Assembly (NCBI GenBank): GCA_951406725.2
Contig: OX597818.1
Location: forward strand, 119,350,001-119,414,000
Reading direction: 5' to 3'
Source: Octopus vulgaris
Lineage: Eukaryota
Length of the DNA stretch: 64,000 nucleotides
A program made the position numbers and the translations under genes. Shown in pieces: positions 28,035 to 42,109 of this stretch (the stretch's first letter is position 1; each line of letters starts with the position of its first letter). The notes under the pieces were generated by a model, which saw only the letters and a program-made list of their open reading frames with translations, was not told where the DNA came from and searched no databases.

Positions 28035-29126
28035 TCTATTTTTTTTATTATCATAAATCTTCCGCTAAGGAGGGAGCCGGTTTCGAACAAATATACAAGG
28101 CTCCATTTTTAGGATTTAGGTAACACAAATTCACATTTGGAACATGGGAAAAGCCTTGCATATTTTTACTGCTCCACTCACAGATTGCACTTGTACGTAT
28201 GTATGTATGCATGCATGTATGTATATCTATATAGATAGATATAGATATAGACATAGTTATGATGTAGTTTAGTATGTGGAATACATGAAACGCACGGACT
28301 TTGAATCAGTTTGTAAATTCTGCTGCTTAAAGATAATATATTCTTGTGATCTTTCTGATTTTGATTCTACCTAAGCTGTCAGCAATACTAAATATATATC
28401 AGTGTGGGGGGGGGGGGGGCTATGTGTGTGTGAGTCTGTGTCTGTGTATTTCTGTGTGTAGGTCCGTCGTCTACTGGTTAGGTTGTTGCACTCACGATCA
28501 TGAGATCGTGGGTTCGATTCCAGGAGGGTGCGGTGTATTGTGTTCTTGAGCAAAACTCTTCATTTCACGCTGCTTTGCAGATGGGAAAGAGGCAGAACCG
28601 TGGACGCGTTGGCAGCGATGCTTTATAGAATAGCTTCCGTCGCTCTGCATCCTGAGTTCAAATCACAACTACCTGGAGAAATCAACGAGAAACCACTCGC
28701 GTATTTATCTCGAAAGGATGAATGTCAAAGTCGACGCCGGCAGAATGTACACTCGGAAAGTAACGATGGACAAAATGCCGCAAAACATTTAGACCAGCAT
28801 GCTAACGATTCTGCTAGTCCCTCTCCTCAACTACAATTTAATATTATAATTATTAGATCCATTTCATTAAAAATATCGTCGGTAAGAGACATGGCCTAAG
28901 AGGTGAAGTTCTGGTGGGTTGCTAAATCGCATCATTTGCATCGCTAATTTTGTTCAGAAAATAATTAAAGAACCTATTCTTAGTTTCAATACCATCACAT
29001 ACAAATACCTCGAGGCTGCTATTTTGTAATCATTGTTTGTCTGCCTTTCTTTATCCCATTCACTGCCTAGATTTTCCACAAAAACATGTGTTCCTCCATG
29101 ATCAGATATTGTCAGTATATACGAAA

Positions 29127-29229
<103 letters not shown>

Positions 29230-29405
29230 CCACTTCCAGCTGAAACACACACACTGCTGTAGGCACAAGAAAGCAATATTACCTGCAAACATTTGAATCA
29301 GTTTAAATATATTTTCGGAATATTTTACCTGTGCAAAGGCCCTGTTGACTGTTGTTTAACGTTGAGAGTAATTATCGCTTTCGGCAATAGGTGTTCAAAA
29401 ATCTG

Positions 29406-29445
<40 letters not shown>

Positions 29446-30773
29446 GTATATATATAAAGAGAAACTGGCAGATAGAGAGACTTAGAGAGACAATGGAGTT
29501 TATTTTAAAACTTTATTGAATGTTTTATTAACAAGTCACTCACGCCCCTTTCTGAATAACACATCCCCACCAAATTATTGACATTGACTTTCCTTCCGCA
29601 CCAGTGATGCGTTCAGAGACCATCAGAGACACTAGCGTAGGTCGATAGGTCGAACTCAACTGACATCGCGCAGATTTAATGAGACAGGTAGTGGATTGTT
29701 AGTCGATCGCTTAGATTGAAATCAGTTCTCATCGAGTTCTAAAAATGGAGGACGTTCTAAACGTAAGCTTTCTTTGTTGTATGAATTGGAAAATATGTAC
29801 TGGTCTGTTTGAAAACAGGCTTGGGTGTTATATGAGACATTTTTCAGCAATTCGATCGATAAGATAGTGACGAATTTATTGGGTTTATCGAGCGAATCGA
29901 AACCATCTACAGATCTGCTTTGTAGATATTCTATGATATTGAAAACATGGGAAATACCTTATACAATTGGACAAGTAGTATGGAACGTACTTCGTACGTT
30001 AAAGTTATAATCTCTCCTGCCCGGAGATTCTAGTCATTATACCTTATTAATTATCATTTTATTTCACAATTTATTATAATCTACAATAAATCGATAAATC
30101 ACATTTAGTGTTTAGCTATTTCTTATGACAACTGTAATTTGTAGAAGTTTTAATAAATTAGTCCAATTACATTGTAAGGAACCCATTTGCTAGAGAGTTA
30201 TCAGTTAAACTGACAAACGTTAATGGGAGCTCAATATGCGCTGGTGATGGCGTTTATGAAGCAAACATCTGGCTAAGTTTATACAGCCATTGCAGCTTTT
30301 CATTCGCTGCAAAACCGTTGGAGGTAATTAATAAGTATCGTTATCTCACAAATTCGCAGAAGTTATAGCGAAATACGGCCTCTCTATATCATGCCCTGTA
30401 TTTTAACCAAGGATACATTATATAACAATAAGTTTTGAAATTCGTAAAGAGGCGTAAGCGTCATAACTAGAATACCTCCGATCAGAGTTTTGCTCAAACT
30501 AGGACAAGTTTTGACTAAACGAACGGTCTGTGGTCAACCAATTCGTTATATATATATTAAGCTGAACTATCTCGAATATATTTCACAGGGAAATGAATCA
30601 ATCTTGTGTGGAAATATTTCGTTTTGGGATTTGGTTTGCAAGAATCATTATATGAGTTCGTGTGTTGAAACATATTCTGTTGTGTCTAGGGAGAGTAATT
30701 TTCTTTTTGTGCCTTATAATGTAACACACTCACCGGTAAAATTTCCACTTTTTTTCTTATATTTATTTTCCTA

Positions 30774-30856
30774 AAATTTTCGTTGCGTCTTGCAAACTTT
30801 TCAATAATTTTGACTCTCAAAACTATTGAAAAGGTTGCAAGACGCAACGAAAATTT
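30774..30856. repeat. 40-bp inverted repeat, 3-nt loop, 2 mismatches
   Basis: 30774-30813 versus 30817-30856. Confidence 0.95.
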
Positions 30857-31161
30857 CATAATGTTTGAAAGTATGAAATTGCTAAGCATTTATCTTTGTA
30901 CAGTGAGTAGATATTGGGTGTTATGTTTTCTGAGATAACCACGATAAAGAGGTCTCCTAAGATATAATCGTCTAAGCCACAGCATGTCACCACTAAGTAA
31001 CATGACCAAAGGACATTCGACTAAGTTCTCTCTAGAAACCGTATGACTATAACAAAAATATTTTACGTCATAAATAAAATACAGTTTAACAGGTGCAATT
31101 TTTGTTGTATATACATGTAATATATAAACATGCATATGCGTTATATATATAATATATATAT

Positions 31162-31199
<38 letters not shown>

Positions 31200-31339
31200 C
31201 GAAGGAGAACAAAACACACACGCACACGCAAGCACCCACGAACATGCGCGCACACACACACACTGTGTTTATGTGTATGTGTGTGTGTGCATACATTTGT
31301 TGGTATGTGTATGTGTGTGTATGTGCGTGTGTGTGTGTA

Positions 31340-31386
<47 letters not shown>

Positions 31387-32196
31387 AAAATTTATGACAT
31401 CACTCTCATAGTTACTGGAATAAAATTTATAAACCGGAAACAAAAAATACCTTGTGGATAAAGCTTTTTTTATTCAACCGTAGAACATATATGCGAAGCA
31501 TAAATTCTACTCATATTCTCTGAATTGTCGTTGTTGCTTCTGATTTTTCTGAATAACATTAGTATTAATATTATTACCATCATTTTCAGGATCATCATCA
31601 TCATTATTATAACAATAATTATTATTAAACTTATTACAAAATCTTAATCTGTCTCGTGATAACACTCTAATCATGTTCTCTTCAAAATTGATTATTTTGT
31701 TATGTTCTTTCAATGTACACTTTGATAATATTTTCATATTTGCCCGAGATTAGCTTCTTCAAACTGTTCATTTCCCTACGGACTTTCCTGTTGGAGTTGA
31801 TCTTCATGTATCGCTTGCATTTTATCCCTACAGAATAAACTTTGATTTATAAAAAACAAGTAATCAAACAGTTGTTTTCCTATCGAATACCGACTCCTAA
31901 TTCCATTGTTATTTGCACTGAAAAGAAGAAATCATTTCTATCAGTTATAGTTAATTATACACACAAGAGACGCACGCTTATATATTTTAGTTATCCTGTA
32001 ATACAAACGATGGTGTACAATTGCTAGTATAGAAATGTCTTCGTTGTAAAGTGATCGATGAGCTCTTGTATGTGTTACACTGTATAACTGAAACATTTAT
32101 CTGCTCGTTAACCAAGTGCATGAGTACTCTAAACGGTTATTTATAAAACATCTCTTAAAATATGGCTTTAATGATTGAACTATTAGTAAATGTTTA

Positions 32197-32682
32197 CCGT
32201 AAATTCTCGAGTATAATCTGCCCTTGAGTATAATACGCAGGGGATTTTTAGGGGGCTGTATAATACACACCCCTTCTCTAACTTGAGTCAAGCAGGTCTA
32301 TATAACGTCCTTGGTTTGTAAAAATGTATACGGTAACGTCGTTTATTATTATTGTACATATAACATAATGCAAACGTGCAGCTTTTTTGTGCATTTTGTT
32401 TGCAGAAAATAAAGAAATAACAGTAATAACGCTAAATAAATGTTGCTTACTGCAAGTTATGGATGATTCTTTTATGACTTCATTGCTTTTATGATTAGCT
32501 TAAGGTATTTTCGCGCCCGACATCACAAAATGCGTCTGAATAAACATTGCCGGACAGCAAATAGAGACTCGGACATTGCTTAGAAAATAATTTTCATTTT
32601 AAACCTCGTATATAGTACACACTAGGGGTTTTGACCTTTAAATTCTTGGGGGAAAATGCGGATTATACTCGAGGATTTACAG
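32197..32682. mobile_element. MITE of the Tc2/pogo type
   Basis: 25-bp TIRs CCGTAAATTCTCGAGTATAATCTGC / GCGGATTATACTCGAGGATTTACAG (3 mismatches), TA on both flanks. Confidence 0.8.
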
Positions 32683-32918
32683 TATTGTTATATAAGAATG
32701 CTTTAGTATATTTCTTAATTGTTTATTTATTATGAGTAAATATCTCTGTCAGTTTAAATGAAAACACATCTTGGCTCACCGATTCTTTGAAACTTTACGA
32801 TACTTGTTTTCAGAATAAACAGGGAATGTGAGCTTAGTTTTTTCCTCATCACTGATGAATGCTGCGGTGCATGAACTATTAGGCCTTATGTTAGGAGAAT
32901 TTTAACAGACACTAAATA

Positions 32919-33219
32919 TCCTTTTCTACTCTAGGCACAAAGCCCGATCTTTTGGGGGAGGGAAGGCAGTCGATTAGATCGACCCCAGTATGCAACTGGT
33001 ACTTAATTTATCGACCCCGAAAGGATGAAAGGCAAAATCGACCACGGCGGAATTTGAACTCAGAACGTAGCGGCAGACAAAATACCTATTTCTTTACTAC
33101 CCACAAGGGGCTAAACAGAGGGGACAAACAAGGACAGACAAACGGATTAAGTCGATTACGTCGACCCCAGTGCGTAACTGGTACTTATTTAATCGACCCC
33201 GAAAGGATGAAAGGCAAAG
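32919..33219 (-). mobile_element. SINE family B, 5'-truncated at an (AGT)n array
   Basis: Homology to family B. Confidence 0.85.
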
Positions 33220-33220
33220 C

Positions 33221-33291
<71 letters not shown>

Positions 33292-33787
33292 CAGCAGTAG
33301 TAGTAGTAGTAGTATATAGTGAGTGAGAAAGCGTTAGTTTTAGCGAGGAATAGTAACCAAGCAGTGCTCAGAGGGATCGAACTCTCAAACTTCAGCTTCT
33401 TAATCAAGTTGAGGTCTCCCTGATGGCTAGAAGAACGACCAAAATCTAGCATATTTCAAACAGGAGCGTCAGGAATGATTGATATGGAAACATATATTTT
33501 ACAAAGTGTAAAAAAGTCCTATCTTTAGAGTTGGTTCAAATTTTTTAACAAATGGTTGGTATAAGCAAGGCATAATATATCGACAGCTGTAATATTGGGG
33601 TGATATTTCGATTAAACATAAAACAAATATAGTATCTAAAAACGGGAATACTGATATGCGATTATCTTCGTGCGGCGATATAGCGACATAATTTTCTGAA
33701 GCCTTAAAGGCAAATGCACCTAGCGACGCAACGTTTACAAAAATATTGACGTCCATAAATTAAGGAGAGAGGTAGTAGTAAAGTTAT

Positions 33788-34029
33788 ATTCTTTTACTCT
33801 TCCCTCTTTTACTTGTTTCAGTCATTTGACTGCGGCCATGCTGGAGCACCTCCTTTAATCGAGCAAATCGATCCCAGGTCTTATTCTTTGTAAGCCTAGT
33901 ACTTATTCTATCGGACTCTTTGCCGAACCGCAAAGTTACGGGGACGTAAACACACCACCATCGGAGTGTCAAGCGATGTTGGGCGGGTGACAAATACAGA
34001 CACACAAACATATACACATACATACATAC

Positions 34030-34060
<31 letters not shown>

Positions 34061-34235
34061 CATACATACATACGACGGGTTTCTTTCAGTTTCCGTCTGC
34101 CAAATCCACTCACAAGGTTTTGGTCGACCCGAGGCTATAGTAGAAGACACTTGCCCAAGGTGCTACACAGTGGGAATGGACCCGGAACCATATGGTTGGT
34201 ATGCAAGCTATTTACCACACAGCCACTCCTGCGCC
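33788..34235 (-). mobile_element. SINE family A, full length
   Basis: Head to tail present. Confidence 0.88.
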
Positions 34236-34730
34236 TACATAGTTGAAGATGCAGAAATAGAGAGAGGATATGGACGAGAAAATGTGAAAACAAATGTATG
34301 TTGATAATGAGGAGAGAAGTGTTGCTTTAGAAGCGAGTAGGCAGTATGTGGAGGAATAAAACTGTATTTCTATAGCTCTGCCTGCATTACTTTCAAATAT
34401 GATACTATATGGCTTGACTTCATTGTAAAACATATTGTTACTGTAGGAACATCTCACTTTCTCCCTTCCATGTATCGTACATCGGTATGACCATGTGTTA
34501 AAAATCTACTTTTTCTAATCATCCTTTCTTTAAATACTTCAATACATCTATCGCCATTTTACACTGAAGCACCGTAGGAAAATTTGGAGAGACACTTTTC
34601 ACAAACAACTACTTATTTTACAACAATCCTAAATACTCTCTCATGAGATTTTCAAGATACCTGCCGTTCTACTTTCTTATCTATAATAAGTTTCCTCCAG
34701 TCCTTTATGATGAATCATTATTATTATTAA

Positions 34731-34814
<84 letters not shown>

Positions 34815-34890
34815 TATTATTATCATTATTATTATTGATATTATTACCATCATTATTATCATCATCATCATCATCATCATCATCATTGCA

Positions 34891-35580
34891 TTACTTCTCA
34901 AAACGTTCAGCTTTGTATGTTCTGGTACATTCTGTGAGAACGAACAGCAGCCTGCCGTCAGAGGTCTCACAGTGTCTCTTTCCGAACATTATAAGCTTTG
35001 GTACTTGGCTGTTAGATATTCTACATACACGTCCCAGTCTCAAATCCCTAGCTGGCCTCAACAGAGTAATTTCGGGGGCTTGCTCTGTTATCATGTCAAT
35101 TCCGATTTCTCTGACATATTTCTCAAACTTGGTTGCTAGTGCTCCGATTGCCCCTAAAATTACCTGAATGACAGACGCTCACCTTTTAGTTCACATTCTT
35201 GCAATTTCGTATTTTAGTAATCCTTTCTTTGTCACTTATGAGTGCTGCAATATCTATGACCTTGGTTTCATTTTTTTCCTTTATCTGCCACAACAATATC
35301 TGGTCTCCGAGCCTCGATAAAGGAGTCACATTCGATTTTAAAGTCCCACAGTATTTATGTTCCTTGTTCTCAGTGACTACATATGGTTCATTTTCGTACC
35401 ATTCCCGTGCTCTGTTCAGGCAGAATTTTTCACATAGCCTCCAGTAGACGAACAGAGCCACGTTATCGTGTTTCCTTTAGTAGTGCTTTTGGGCCAGCTT
35501 GTACACTCACTCACGATATGTGAGATTGTTTCGTTTCTGCTCCACATATCCTAGAAAGGGGCGATTCATTACTCTTATGT
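34891..35580 (-). mobile_element. R4/Dong-clade LINE 3' fragment, decayed
   Basis: ISHIVSEC, KLAQKHY*RKHDNVALFVYWRLCEK, WDFKIECDSFIEARRPDIVV, VIDIAA, VILGAIGAL; bracketed by (TTA)n arrays. Confidence 0.82.
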
Positions 35581-35712
35581 TTGGAACTTCGTGTAATTAG
35601 TCCTCTATCATTATTATCATTATTGTTATTGTTATTGTTATTATTATTACTATTATTATTATTGTTATTATTATTATCCTCATCATCATCATTATTATTA
35701 TTATTATTACTG

Positions 35713-35749
<37 letters not shown>

Positions 35750-35886
35750 CATCATCATTATTATTATTATTATTGAGTGAATGAGAGTGCAGTGCATGCC
35801 ATCAAAGTGACACTGGGGTAAAATATACGAAGCCCAGTATACCCATCATTATTATTATATCCATTTGTGTGTATTGGCATATTCCA

Positions 35887-36084
<198 letters not shown>

Positions 36085-36139
36085 ATTATTATACAATTAA
36101 AAGTTGTTAGCTAATTTATGTAGCTATTCTAACTACCTG

Positions 36140-36345
36140 TGTCCAGGCAGTCGCCATGATTGACCGCTAACCCCAAAAGATTTTTTTATTCTGTCTCTGT
36201 TTATTTCCACGTGTTCCTTTCTGCTGAAGAGCAATAGGCTCGAAACGTAAAAGATTTTTACACCTTCCAGGTCGTTAAACTAATACACCTGTTTGTTGTT
36301 TAAACACTGTCTTCGTCGTTTGTTTTTCTGTAAATTTCAACTATA
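36140..36345 (+). mobile_element. Hammerhead-bearing short element
   Basis: Homologous over >150 bp to the reverse complement of 37227-37440. Confidence 0.55.
36217..36253 (+). ncRNA. Variant-core minimal hammerhead (CUGCUGA)
   Basis: cuuu CUGCUGA a gagc-aauag-gcuc GAAAC GU A aaag. Confidence 0.55.
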
Positions 36346-36924
36346 AATAAATAGCATTTATACTTCTAAGTTCTAAGTGTAAATACAGTGAGATATTAGA
36401 AAGATATACAACCTACCTTTGATTTTCTGGCGTATTCTAAAATGCAATGGAGTGCAATTATGAAATGCAATGATTTCATCTTTAGATTGATGCCAACGTA
36501 TCTGATACTTAAACTCTCTTTGGAGTATTCTACGCTGTGAAGTAATGTTTTCAAGCGAGGAAAACATTATTATCTATTACAAAGAAGCTTATCCAGATGC
36601 CATAGTTGAGTAATTAAGAAAATGTAATTTACAGCATCCTCTTGAAAATAACAACCAATTATTGATTGTATAAAGCGAGAAAGTCTGTTTTGACAACGTT
36701 ACACGCTCAGCGAGTAATGTATTTTAATGGCTACTTCACATCTACTTGAATATTGAATAAATGCACAAACGCAGTTTTTCGAACGCAAGCACAGAAAACA
36801 CGCATGTACACATTGGCATGAATTCACGTTTATATTTACTGACGTTTTCACCATTACAAAAAGTTGCTGGCTGACAAAGGCAGATACAGATTCTCGACTA
36901 AACTCATACGTGCGTGCACACATA

Positions 36925-36992
<68 letters not shown>

Positions 36993-37226
36993 TATCTGCA
37001 TATATATATATATATATATATATATGCATATATATATATCTACATATATATATATATATATATATACATATATGTATATGTATATGTACATATATGCATA
37101 TTATATATATATATACACACATCTATATATCCCCATACACATGTCTAAATATAAGTATATATCTATATATGAGTGTATGCATACATATTCAAACATACAT
37201 GAATATATACATATATACATTATATA

Positions 37227-37480
37227 TAGGGAGAATTCACAAAAAAACAAAAGACGAAGACAGGTGGTGTAGACAACAAACAGATATATTAGTTTAACTC
37301 TCGGGAAGTGAAAATGTCTTTAACGTTTCGAGCCTATGCTCTTCCACAGAAAGTAACACAGAAAGAAACAAGAAGAGAAAATATAGACTGTGTTGTGGCT
37401 AGCGACCTATCATGCGGAATACCGGATAGAGGGGTCACACAGGAGATAATAATGTAGTGGTGATCCGAAAACTAAGGTGC
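37227..37480 (-). mobile_element. Hammerhead-bearing short element, inverted relative to the 36140 copy
   Basis: Homology to 36140-36345; flanked by TA/TACA repeats. Confidence 0.55.
37318..37353 (-). ncRNA. Variant-core minimal hammerhead (CUGUGGA), same family as 36217
   Basis: Minus strand: cuuu CUGUGGA a gagc-auag-gcuc GAAAC GU U aaag. Confidence 0.5.
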
Positions 37481-38165
37481 GCGTACATACATACATGCAT
37501 ACATACATATATACTTACATACATGCATACATACATACATACACACACACATACATGCTTACATACTAAAAAAGCTTCTAGCATACACACAAAATATGAA
37601 ATTTGGAACGGTGTTAATTGCTAACAACAACCAAATACATTGGTTTTTTATGGAATTCGAAGGGCGGAAGGTAAAGTTGTCTACTTCGGAATTTGAACTC
37701 AAAGTGGAAAAACTTTGCAAGAACCTGCAGCAAGGCGTTTTAAATGAAATACAGGAAATTCTGTCGCTTGACTTGGAGTCGGTTTAAAATTATAGACTTC
37801 ACTGTTACGCTAAACATAAAATCCATACGAGCTTGAGGTTTCTGTCACTCTAATATGCTAAGAGCATGTATGAATGGTAAATTAAAGTAAGTGGTTCACT
37901 GGGAAACAGTGTCCAAGTCCAAGAGCCAGTTGCACCTGTGCTTAATGCAATTTGGCAGTACAAGCAAAATGGTAGATGAACAAATAGTCATGTATATACA
38001 CGATCACTGCACAAGTATCCACACACTCAGGTGCTTGCAGAGATGCAGATAGACAGAGAGACTAACAGAGGCATACATACATATATATTTGTATGAATGT
38101 ATGAATGTGTGGATTATGTATGTGTAAGAATACATATATTCATGCACACACACACATACACATAC

Positions 38166-38250
<85 letters not shown>

Positions 38251-38395
38251 CACTAAAAATAAGGGTGTCTGAGAGACACCACCATGCTGAAATAGCAGTC
38301 AAATCCCTGACTCTAAAAACCACGTTAAATGTTCATATCGCACCATGAGATAAGACAGAGGGACAAAATAGACTAGCAAAAAATATTACTGAATA

Positions 38396-38453
38396 ATTCA
38401 AGATCCTGGATTTCTAGCTTTGCTTTAAATAAGCTTTGCCTCATCAGTTGAAT
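38396..38453 (-). ncRNA. Type I hammerhead ribozyme
   Basis: Minus strand: auucaa CUGAUGA ggc-aaa-gcuu-auuua-aagc-aaa-gcu a GAA AUCC-A-GGAU C uugaau. 6-bp stem I, interrupted stem II, palindromic stem III, AUC triplet. Confidence 0.72.
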
Positions 38454-38618
38454 ATATAAGATAGGGACATAAATACAAATATACATATATGCAGAACAAA
38501 CGTTATACTTACATATACGAACGTCAATACATACATATATATGCACGTATGCACAAGGTCAGTTAAATTGCCCGTCAAACACCTCATAAGCACGATATGG
38601 TCAAAATAAACACCGCAG

Positions 38619-38776
<158 letters not shown>

Positions 38777-38784
38777 CATATAGG

Positions 38785-39092
38785 AACCGGCATTCTGTCG
38801 GTTACGACGAGGAGGTTTCTAGTTGATCGGATTAAAAGAACAGCTTGCTCGTGAAATTAACGTGCAATTGGTTCAGCACTCCACAGACACGCGTACCCTT
38901 AAAGTAGCTCCCAGGGAGATTAGGCGAGACACAGAATGTGACAAGGCTGGCCCTTTTGGAAATACTGATACAACTCACATTAAACTGGAGCAACGTGAAA
39001 TAAAGTGTCTTACTCAAGGGCTCAACGCATCGCCGGGAATTGAACTCATGACCTTATGATCGTGAGCCGAATGCCCTAACCACTAAGCCACG
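38785..39092 (-). mobile_element. tRNA-derived SINE family D
   Basis: Head GCGTGGCTTAGTGGTTAGGGCATTCGGCTCACGATC...GAGTTCAATTCCC. Confidence 0.8.
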
Positions 39093-39211
39093 CATGTTGG
39101 CAGTACAAGCAAAATCATACGTGCTAACATGATGAAACAAACAGACATAGACACGATCACTGCACACGTATACACACACACACAGAGGTGCGTACAGGTA
39201 GATCGAGAGAT

Positions 39212-39249
<38 letters not shown>

Positions 39250-39337
39250 CCAGACAGACACATAGACAGACACACAGACAGACAGTCAGACAGCGACAGC
39301 CAGGCAGACAAGCAGACAGAGACTTACGTACATACAT

Positions 39338-39520
39338 CACCACCGTCACCGTGACCGACCAGGCTATCAGATGTTGCTATGCATCGCTGGTCACGGAGCC
39401 TCGTGGAGCTTTAAGTGTTTTCGCTCAATAAACACTCACAAACATTCAGACCGGGGAATCGAAATCGCGATCATACAACCGCGAGTCCGCTGCCCTAACC
39501 ACTGGGCCATTGCGCCTCCA
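39338..39520 (-). mobile_element. SINE family C with a third type of tail
   Basis: Family C head; tail GATGCATAGCAACATCTGATAGCCTGGTCGGTCACGGTG. Confidence 0.75.
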
Positions 39521-40021
39521 CACGTATATATACATATACATGCATATATGTCGTGAGTAAATCAGAAAAAGAAACACACCTGTTTCTGAGTGTATGCGTG
39601 TGTGAGTGAACAAGAGTTAGTACACAATGCTGGAAGCAGAGACCTACATATTATATTTTATTCAGAAGTGTTTACTTCGTGTTATACTTTTCCCAGTCGT
39701 AGCAGGATTAGTGACAAAGGAAACATAACATAAGATACTTAAAATTACATACAATCGTGATAACTGTATATCTAGGGGAGTTTTGACTAAGCTGAAATGA
39801 AACACGATGTTTAAGACAGAAAGTATATTCCCTGAGCATATGCATGTGGTGCGTAATTTAAATGAAAACATTAGAGAATGGAATAAGGCGAGGAAAATAG
39901 AGACAAAAGAAACGTGGTGTTCGGAGAAAAAAAAACACAAGCAAAAATCCACACCCAAACACACATACACTTCTGCGCCTACACACTCACACACACGCAC
40001 ATATGTGTGTGTGAATGTGTA

Positions 40022-40176
40022 GGCGCAAGAGTGGCTGCGTGGTAAGTAACGTTTACAAGCTACAAGGCTCTGGGTTCAGTCCCACGGCGTGGCACCTTGG
40101 TCAACTGTCTTCTACTGTATTCTCGGGCCGACCAAAGCCTTGTGAGTGAATTTGGTGGACGGAAACTGAAAGAAGC

Positions 40177-40214
<38 letters not shown>

Positions 40215-40400
40215 GTGTCTGTTTTTGTCCCTCTCCCCAACTATCTCTTGAAAATCGATGTTGGTGAGTTTACATCCTCGTAACTTAACGGTTCGACATA
40301 AGAGACCTGTAGTGTAAGCACTAGGTTTACAAAGAATAAGACCCAGGGTGCTTCAGCATCACCGCAGTCAAATAACTGTAACAAATAAAAGAATAAAAGA
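40022..40400 (+). mobile_element. SINE family A
   Basis: Head to tail present. Confidence 0.85.
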
Positions 40401-40512
40401 ATGTATATATATATATGATATAAATAATATATATATATAATATATCATATATATATATATATATATATGTACATAAATGAATAAATATATATATATATAT
40501 GTACATAAATGA

Positions 40513-40567
<55 letters not shown>

Positions 40568-41478
40568 TGTATGTATGTATGTATGTATTTATGTATATGC
40601 ATGTATGGGTACAGGACGTCACAAGCTGTGTACACATGATGAAATACGAAAACAAACGAGTTAAATACGCAAACAACGAGAGAAAAGAAAGGAAAACAGC
40701 ACAAGAAAATACAGAGAACGACTCGTCATCGGATGCCGGCTGTCAATCTACTCTTCATTTCGAGCTTTCAACGATATTTATTTATATATTGATGTGTGGT
40801 TCTGGAAAACAAACAGCTGATGTTTCTATTTGAAGATTGTGGACGCCATGTTTTGATTATTGCGACTAGAAAAAGAATAATGAAAGATAGCAAAAAATTT
40901 TAAGCAGAGAATGCGTGTAGAAGACATTCCAAGTGATTTTGCATACAAATATGTGTATGTGCCCTTGTCTGTTTCTTACTTAATCTGTTTGTGTTTGTGT
41001 TTGTGTGCCTGTGTGTTCCAGATTTTTATTTTTCGAATTTCACACCAATGTAGAGAGAGCCCAGGAACAAGGCTGTTTCCTTGGAATTTGCAGAGTAACA
41101 AGTACTTAGCTGTGCATACATACATGCAAACGTGCATTTATATATGCATACGTATGTTTATGCACATTCATTGATCTCGTTGCATACGTGAATCTCTGCT
41201 TTGTGCACACATGTATACCTCTGCATGTCCACACATGTACACTACCAGATAGTTATTGAATAAACTTCTACACTGTTTACATATTAAACAGTGATGTTTA
41301 ATGGTTTCTACCTTTGATTTTCTATATTGCAGTGAAATTCAGGGTTTGCGAAGTCCAGTTTATGAAACCCATGATGAGGCAATTAATTACATAACTAAAG
41401 TCCTCAGTATATGTACGTGTGTGTATGACTATATCAATATATATATTTGTATCTATGCTTATGTATGTATATGTATGC

Positions 41479-41510
<32 letters not shown>

Positions 41511-42109
41511 CTGTATGTGTGTGTGTGTATACATTTATATATGTATGTGTATGTATATACATATATGTGTGCGTGTGTGTGTCGTTATTTAATTTCATCT
41601 CAAGATTTCATGCGAAAAGTGGAGTAGTTTGCTAACCAAGATCGAAGTCTCCATCATTACAATTTCAACAAGAATAGGATATTTTTCTTCGTATGTATGT
41701 ATATATTTATGTATATATCTATATATATATATGAGTGTATGTGTGTACATCTGTATGTTTTGTTTTATGCATGTATTTTCATGCATATATCTGCATGTCT
41801 AGACATGCTCGTATATACTTAAATGATAAATGTCTGAAAATACTAGGTTGGGTTAAGCAAGTGCGGATCTCTCATTACGTTTGTACAGATGTTTGCTAGA
41901 AAAAACTTTATCATTTTCAAAATCTACAGGGTTATTGATTTTCAATCCTGAAGACAATTTCCATACCCCAATCAATTGTTTCTTGGTCAACGTAGTCTAC
42001 GTTTTACCGACGTCTTGCCATGAACTCTGCGCATGTACCTTTTATGGTAGGAGTAATTATGCCCTCTACATTACTCTAGATCATTCCAGGTGTATCCTTG
42101 CAAATTCTC

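Noticed and set aside
31815-32820. Candidate terminal exons for the precursor (acceptor-like CAG near 31833, 32405, 32813)
   Set aside because: Several equally plausible short options, one inside a MITE; cannot choose without cDNA.
32845-32885. Hammerhead-like CTGATGA atgc..gcat GAAC
   Set aside because: Lacks GAAA and convincing stems I and III.
39035-39092. tRNA gene candidates (also 15790-15860, 26600-26671)
   Set aside because: These are SINE heads continuing into repeat bodies; acceptor stems are not intact.
40715-40770. Permuted hammerhead candidate on the minus strand
   Set aside because: CCGATGA core and no consistent stem arrangement.
41325-41410. Hammerhead-like ATGATGAGGCAAT with gggttt/aaaccc pairing
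   Set aside because: Too many core deviations to call.
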